This document shows positions 59,355 to 64,000 of a DNA stretch of 64,000 nucleotides, piece by piece. The notes beneath the pieces were generated by a model. That model was not told where the DNA came from. It did no database searches and saw only the letters and a list, made by a program, of their open reading frames with translations. Source of the DNA: Candidatus Hydrothermus pacificus (lineage in GTDB: Bacteria; Hydrothermota; Hydrothermia; Hydrothermales; Hydrothermaceae); contig MTOH01000018.1 in NCBI GenBank assembly GCA_002011615.1, forward strand, positions 1,749-65,748, in the 5' to 3' direction. Within the stretch, counting starts at the first letter, position 1; every line of letters begins with the position of its first letter. A program made the position numbers and the translations under genes.

Positions 59355-62300
59355 GAGTATATAAAGTAAAATAAGTCCCTGTGTTTTAAAAATCCCTGTT
59401 TGTAAGTTTCATTTTTAATTCCTTTGACTACCTCCATGCAACACTTCTCATAATTCTCTTTTGCCTCTTTTAATTTGAACTCGTCTCCTTTGATTTTATA
59501 ATATCTCACAAATAACCTGTAGAGTTCGCATGGTGATATTTTATCTTTTATGCTTTCCCTCACTATTTCACTGGCCCTTTTCAAATAAGCTTCTATAATT
59601 TCAATACACTCGTTATCTTTTGTTTTCAAAAATGTCTCAATATGATATTTTGCGTACAAAAGGTGAGAACAGAAAAGAGCAGGAATATGGCTATTTTTAA
59701 GGGCATACTCTTTAACACTTTTAATCAGTTCTGCTCCTTTTTCCTCTCTACCTGTATCAATATAAAAATTTGCAAGGCATACCTTGGCCCTGTTCAAAGT
59801 TACTTCACTTTTAACTTCTTCAAGAATTTCCATACTTCTAAGATAAAATTTTTCGGCTTCTCTAATTTTCCCCTCTCTTCTCCTAATTTCTGCAAGCCCA
59901 AGATTCCCGTACCCATCACCAAGACGATTTTTTATCTTCTGGTTAATTCTTAAATATTTTTTAAAAAAACTTTCTGACTTCTCAATATCATATACCAGAA
60001 GATGCATTTCTCCCAGGTTATTACAGGTTATCGCAAATCCCAGATAGCTCCCGATATTCTTATCAATCTCAAGAGATTTACAGAGCATCTCCATTGCCTC
60101 TGTTATCTTGCCCGCTTTATAAAGATTTGACCCAAGATTGTTATAGACTACTGCTTTTCCAGAAATATCATTTAATTTTTCATAAATCTCAAGGGCATTC
60201 TTATAATGATAAATTCCTTTTTCCAGTTCACCTATTTCTATATGGTAACTACCGGCCAAACTCTCCACAAGCACTCTTTTTGAAAGTTTTTCTCTCTCAT
60301 CTTTAAAGTGGTCTATAAGTTTTCCACACCTTTTCAAAAAATTTCTGCATTCTGTAAGATTACCTGTTAAAAAGTTGTTCCATGCCTTTTCACGAAAGAT
60401 ATAGAACTTTAAATCAGGATTTTCACCCGCATGTTTTTCCGCATTATCCAGGTAAAAAAGAGCTTCATTGTAAAAACTTGCCCTCTGATATGCACTTCCT
60501 ATTTCCTTAAAAATCCTTGCCTTTTCCTCATCTTTTTCAGCAAACTCAAGGGCTTTTCTCAGACTTTCAAGGGATAATTTAAATCTTCCTGTTAAGCTAT
60601 AGAGATTCCCGAGAGAACAGTATATATCACTTAGTTTTTCTTTAAATTCTGAAAGTTTCAATGCTATATCAAGAAGTTTTTTATACCTTCTTATTGCTTC
60701 AAAATTTGCATAATTCTCTCTGCATTTAAGAACATACCTTTCATTATAGATAAAAGCTTTTTTTAAATCACCTTCTCTTTCAAAATGGTCTGCTATTATA
60801 CCTTCGGGAACTTCATATCCCTTTTCAAGCATTTCCTCAAGCCATTTTGCAAACTCAAGGTGATAATGTTTTCTCTCTTTTTTCAAAAGAGTTTTATAAA
60901 CTGCTTCTTGAATTAGTATGTGCTTAAATTGATACTCTCTAAAATTCAAAAATTTTGTTTCAAGGGGTTCCACAAATCCAGAGTTTATAAGACCTGATAT
61001 TTTAACTTCCCTTTTTAAAAGGGAATCAACACCTTCTTTGAAAAACCTGCTTCCTATGGTCGATGCAATCTTTAAAAAGTGCTTCTCATCATCATTAAGG
61101 GAATCAACCCTGCTTATTATTATTTCTTCAATTGATGAAGGAATACTCTCAATTTTATCAATGATAATTCTGCTTTTCCATTCGTTTCCCTCCTTGTAGA
61201 TTATTCCCCTTTCAATTAACACTTTTATAATTTCTTCAATAAAAAAGGGATTTCCTTCTGATTTACCAAAGAGAATCTGTCTTTTTAAAGAATCGGGCAA
61301 TTTTTCCACTGTCAAAAGACTATCTATCAATTTCATACAATCTTCAAATTTCAGGGGGTCTAATTCAATTATTTTACTATTTTTTACCGCTTTTAAAAAT
61401 TCCAGAAAACTGCTGACCACCTCTTCCTTTACCGGCGGTCTTGTGAGTAAAACAAAGAAAATTCCTGTATCGCCCTGAATGGATGTAAAAATATATTTCA
61501 GGAAATCAATTGTTTCTTCATCAGCCCAGTGGATGTCCTCAAAGCAGAGGACAAGGTTTTCCTTTTCTGAGAGTTTTCTTAAAATGCTTTCAACCACAAA
61601 AAATTTCTGCCTTTTAAATTCCCTTGGTGAGATACTTTTCAGAGATTCGGGCATTTCCCCTTCCAGAAGATTCTCTGTAAAAGGCTTTACAGGAATAAAC
61701 CCTGCCTTACCGTCCGGAAAAATTTTCTCAAAAATATCTTTGCCTTTATTTTCAGCAATGCTTTTCAATAAAAGTATTATGGGCAGGAAAGGTTGCTTTT
61801 CAGTCGGAATAGAACGCCCCTCGTAAAATACCCCCTCTTTATTCTTTCTCTTTTTAAATTCCTCATAAAGTCTTGTCTTCCCTATTCCTAGCTCTCCTCT
61901 TATTAAAATAACAAAGTCTTCCTTTTTCTCTTTATAAATCTCAAAGGAATTTAAAATTTCATCCAGTTCTCTGTCTCTTCCTACAAGGGGTGCTTCAACT
62001 CCTTCGAGTCCCCTTATTTTGCCTCTTTTCTTTCTTTTATCCTTAAGTAGAAATACCTCAACAGGATTTTCTTTACCCTTTAATTTAACCTGCCCCTTTT
62101 TCTCAAACTCAAACACATGTCTCGCCTTCTTATAGACCTCCCTGCTTACAACAATTTCCCCTGAGCCTGCCATATCCTTCAATCTTGATGCCACATTAAC
62201 CGCATCGCCCAGAACATCTATTTTCCCTTCAGATTCTTCGTAAAGCACCTCTCCCATATGAACTCCTGTGTGAAGTTTCACAGGGTGAGGCAAGTTTTTC

Positions 62301-62575
62301 ATGATTTCTTCAATAATCTGGTAAGAGTTAAAAATTGCAAGAAGCGCATTTTCTGCACTGGTCTCAAGAGTTTTCGGAACGCCAAAAACACACATTGCAC
62401 AATCACCTATAATTTTTACCAGTTTCCCGCCGTATTTATTTGTATTTTCTTCAATTATACTGAATATGCTTTCAAGGATTTCCTTTACCTCTTCCGGGTC
62501 AATCTTTTCACATAATTTCGTAAATTCTGTTAAGTCAGAAAAGAATATGGTCGCTAATTTCCTCTCCTCTTTCAT
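59351..62575 (-). CDS. adenylate/guanylate cyclase (CHD) - STAND/AAA NTPase - TPR multidomain signalling protein
   Basis: N-terminal cyclase domain with canonical catalytic residues (IFFSDLTEFT, IGDCAMCVFG, LGDAVNVASRL). Walker A GELGIGKTRL and Walker B-like LVLCFEDIHWADEETIDFL (AAA_16/NB-ARC type). About 500 aa of C-terminal TPR repeats. Confidence 0.75.
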   Translation of the reverse strand: MKEERKLATIFFSDLTEFTKLCEKIDPEEVKEILESIFSIIEENTNKYGGKLVKIIGDCAMCVFGVPKTLETSAENALLAIFNSYQIIEEIMKNLPHPVKLHTGVHMGEVLYEESEGKIDVLGDAVNVASRLKDMAGSGEIVVSREVYKKARHVFEFEKKGQVKLKGKENPVEVFLLKDKRKKRGKIRGLEGVEAPLVGRDRELDEILNSFEIYKEKKEDFVILIRGELGIGKTRLYEEFKKRKNKEGVFYEGRSIPTEKQPFLPIILLLKSIAENKGKDIFEKIFPDGKAGFIPVKPFTENLLEGEMPESLKSISPREFKRQKFFVVESILRKLSEKENLVLCFEDIHWADEETIDFLKYIFTSIQGDTGIFFVLLTRPPVKEEVVSSFLEFLKAVKNSKIIELDPLKFEDCMKLIDSLLTVEKLPDSLKRQILFGKSEGNPFFIEEIIKVLIERGIIYKEGNEWKSRIIIDKIESIPSSIEEIIISRVDSLNDDEKHFLKIASTIGSRFFKEGVDSLLKREVKISGLINSGFVEPLETKFLNFREYQFKHILIQEAVYKTLLKKERKHYHLEFAKWLEEMLEKGYEVPEGIIADHFEREGDLKKAFIYNERYVLKCRENYANFEAIRRYKKLLDIALKLSEFKEKLSDIYCSLGNLYSLTGRFKLSLESLRKALEFAEKDEEKARIFKEIGSAYQRASFYNEALFYLDNAEKHAGENPDLKFYIFREKAWNNFLTGNLTECRNFLKRCGKLIDHFKDEREKLSKRVLVESLAGSYHIEIGELEKGIYHYKNALEIYEKLNDISGKAVVYNNLGSNLYKAGKITEAMEMLCKSLEIDKNIGSYLGFAITCNNLGEMHLLVYDIEKSESFFKKYLRINQKIKNRLGDGYGNLGLAEIRRREGKIREAEKFYLRSMEILEEVKSEVTLNRAKVCLANFYIDTGREEKGAELIKSVKEYALKNSHIPALFCSHLLYAKYHIETFLKTKDNECIEIIEAYLKRASEIVRESIKDKISPCELYRLFVRYYKIKGDEFKLKEAKENYEKCCMEVVKGIKNETYKQGFLKHRDLFYFIYS

Positions 62576-62664
62576 TTTTGAAATTAATTTTAATATTTAG
62601 AAGTATTTTATTTCAAATTTATTTTGTAAAAGATTTTTTTAATCCTTATACTTAATCTCTTAAA

Positions 62665-63120
62665 ATGATAATAAAACCCGAAAACTTTTATTTAACAGCA
62701 GGGGAAGGACAAGGAGAATATCCTCTTATTGCCTTTGATAATGCACTCAGGGATGCAGGCATCTCTGATTATAATCTTGTAAAGGTATCAAGCATATTAC
62801 CAGAAGGGGTGAAAAAAAGAGAAAAAGTTGATATTCCAAAAGGTTCCATACTTTTTATAGCATACGCATCAATCGCAGAAAAAGAAGGACTTATAACTGC
62901 CGCATGTTCTGTTGCAGTGCCTCAAAAAGAGGGTGCTATAGGTATGATAATGGAGTTTTCAGGCAATGTTCCTTTAAAGGAGGCAGAAGAGAAAGTAAGG
63001 GAAATGGTTGAAACCGCAATGAGAAAAAGAGATATTTTAATAAAAGAAATTCTTGTAAAATCAAAAAGCACTATTGCAAAAAAATATTCCTGTGTGATTG
63101 CTGGATGCTGTCTCTGGTGA
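62665..63120 (+). CDS. pdaD: pyruvoyl-dependent arginine decarboxylase (PdaD family)
   Basis: About 150 aa. YLTAGEGQGEYPLIAFDNALRDAGISDYNLVKVSSILP with the Ser-Ser serinolysis site typical of PdaD/AaxB proenzymes. Confidence 0.6.
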   Translation: MIIKPENFYLTAGEGQGEYPLIAFDNALRDAGISDYNLVKVSSILPEGVKKREKVDIPKGSILFIAYASIAEKEGLITAACSVAVPQKEGAIGMIMEFSGNVPLKEAEEKVREMVETAMRKRDILIKEILVKSKSTIAKKYSCVIAGCCLW

Positions 63121-63203
63121 GCTCTTCCTTAAAGGTGGAAAAAATCCTTTAATAGCCTATATACTATTAATTATCCCGGAACAATCGGGATAGGAGGTGT
63201 GAT

Positions 63204-64000
63204 ATGAAAAAAATAAGTATAGTTTTGCTTTTGGTGGCAGGAATTCTGGGTGCTGAAACTATTTTGAAGATGATTCCTGCACCTGGCTATTCCAGCGGAT
63301 ACTATGCATACGGACTTGCATGGGATGGAAATCATCTCTGGGTCGGGGACGATTATAATGGAATGATATATGAAATTGACACCTCTGGAAACATAATTTC
63401 TTCTTTTCAGGGGTTTTCATCTTCAAATCATGGTCTTGCATGGGATGGAACAGGACTCTGGTGTGCTGGTGATTACAGTGAGGACTATATTGTAAAATTA
63501 ACAAATTCAGGAGCAAGGGTTGACTCATTCCCTGAAACCTGGGATTATATAGGAGGTATAACCTTTGATGGAAACCATGTATGGGTCAGTGTTTATTATC
63601 CCAACACTCCTTTAAATCTTTATAAAGTTGACCCTCAAACAGGAAACATTCTTGACACAATACCCTCTCTTGGAACACAGCCTCAGGGACTTGCATGGGA
63701 TGGCCAGAACATCTGGGTTGTTATGGATGACAATGATGGAGACCCTGAAAAAATATGGAAACTTGACCCTTTAACAGGTGATACCCTTTTAAGTTTTTAC
63801 ATTCCAACAACAAGACCAAGAGGACTTGTATGGGACGGACAATTTCTCTGGCTCATTGCAAAACATCCTGATGAGTATTCAGGAGTGATTTTCAAAATAG
63901 ACCCCTATGGTTCAGGAACCCCTGAAATTACCATTCCTTTAAGTTCCTATAATTTCGGAGATGTGGTTGTTGGAGATACCGCATTTTTATACCTTGAGTG
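63204..64000 (+). CDS. secreted beta-propeller repeat protein, glutamine-cyclotransferase-like (3' end outside the window)
   Basis: SD ggaggtg, ATG at 63204, signal peptide. Five repeats of hGLAWDGxxLW (YGLAWDGNHLWVGD, HGLAWDGTGLWCAGD, GGITFDGNHVWVS, QGLAWDGQNIWVV, RGLVWDGQFLWLI). Confidence 0.4.
   Translation, partial: MKKISIVLLLVAGILGAETILKMIPAPGYSSGYYAYGLAWDGNHLWVGDDYNGMIYEIDTSGNIISSFQGFSSSNHGLAWDGTGLWCAGDYSEDYIVKLTNSGARVDSFPETWDYIGGITFDGNHVWVSVYYPNTPLNLYKVDPQTGNILDTIPSLGTQPQGLAWDGQNIWVVMDDNDGDPEKIWKLDPLTGDTLLSFYIPTTRPRGLVWDGQFLWLIAKHPDEYSGVIFKIDPYGSGTPEITIPLSSYNFGDVVVGDTAFLYLE

Overview
The window is AT-rich (coding regions about one-third GC by eye), densely packed bacterial chromosomal DNA with short intergenic gaps and many 4-nt gene overlaps. 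I found no transposase, integrase, CRISPR array or tRNA. The single 16S rRNA gene is GC-rich, which suggests a thermophile with an AT-rich genome.

Housekeeping genes recognised:
- rpmA, a PduO-type cobalamin adenosyltransferase, uvrA
- panC, folK
- rimO, cheD, secD, secF
- purF
- hisS, argS
- ispA, rlmH, rsfS
- rnhA
- an ftsE-like ABC ATPase

Other features of the window:
- One standalone 16S rRNA gene with its own consensus promoter and a 19-nt processing stem. An outer-membrane beta-barrel gene follows immediately in place of a tRNA/23S/5S spacer.
- A TetR-regulated TolC/MFP/RND efflux operon with a palindromic operator and two 3' passenger genes: a small possibly PII-like ORF and an amidohydrolase.
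- A TonB-ExbD-ExbD-ExbB cluster flanked by a giant periplasmic TPR protein and a PorV/FadL-like barrel (NPAGLA motif).
- At least six large secreted proteins carrying type IX secretion (T9SS) C-terminal sorting domains.
- Two nucleotide-cyclase (CHD) proteins: a small atypical one overlapping a 73-aa 2-TM microprotein gene, and a 1074-aa cyclase + STAND NTPase + TPR protein.
- An operon joining secDF to a 1166-aa K/E-rich TPR-like protein, a Cys-rich TPR protein, an orphan CheD and RimO.

Most speculative or novel-looking:
- the unlinked 16S-OMP unit
- the cyclase-STAND-TPR protein
- the rimO-cheD-TPR operon
- a heptose kinase-only gene overlapping a HIT nucleotidyltransferase
- a folK with no canonical start codon that overlaps the preceding gene
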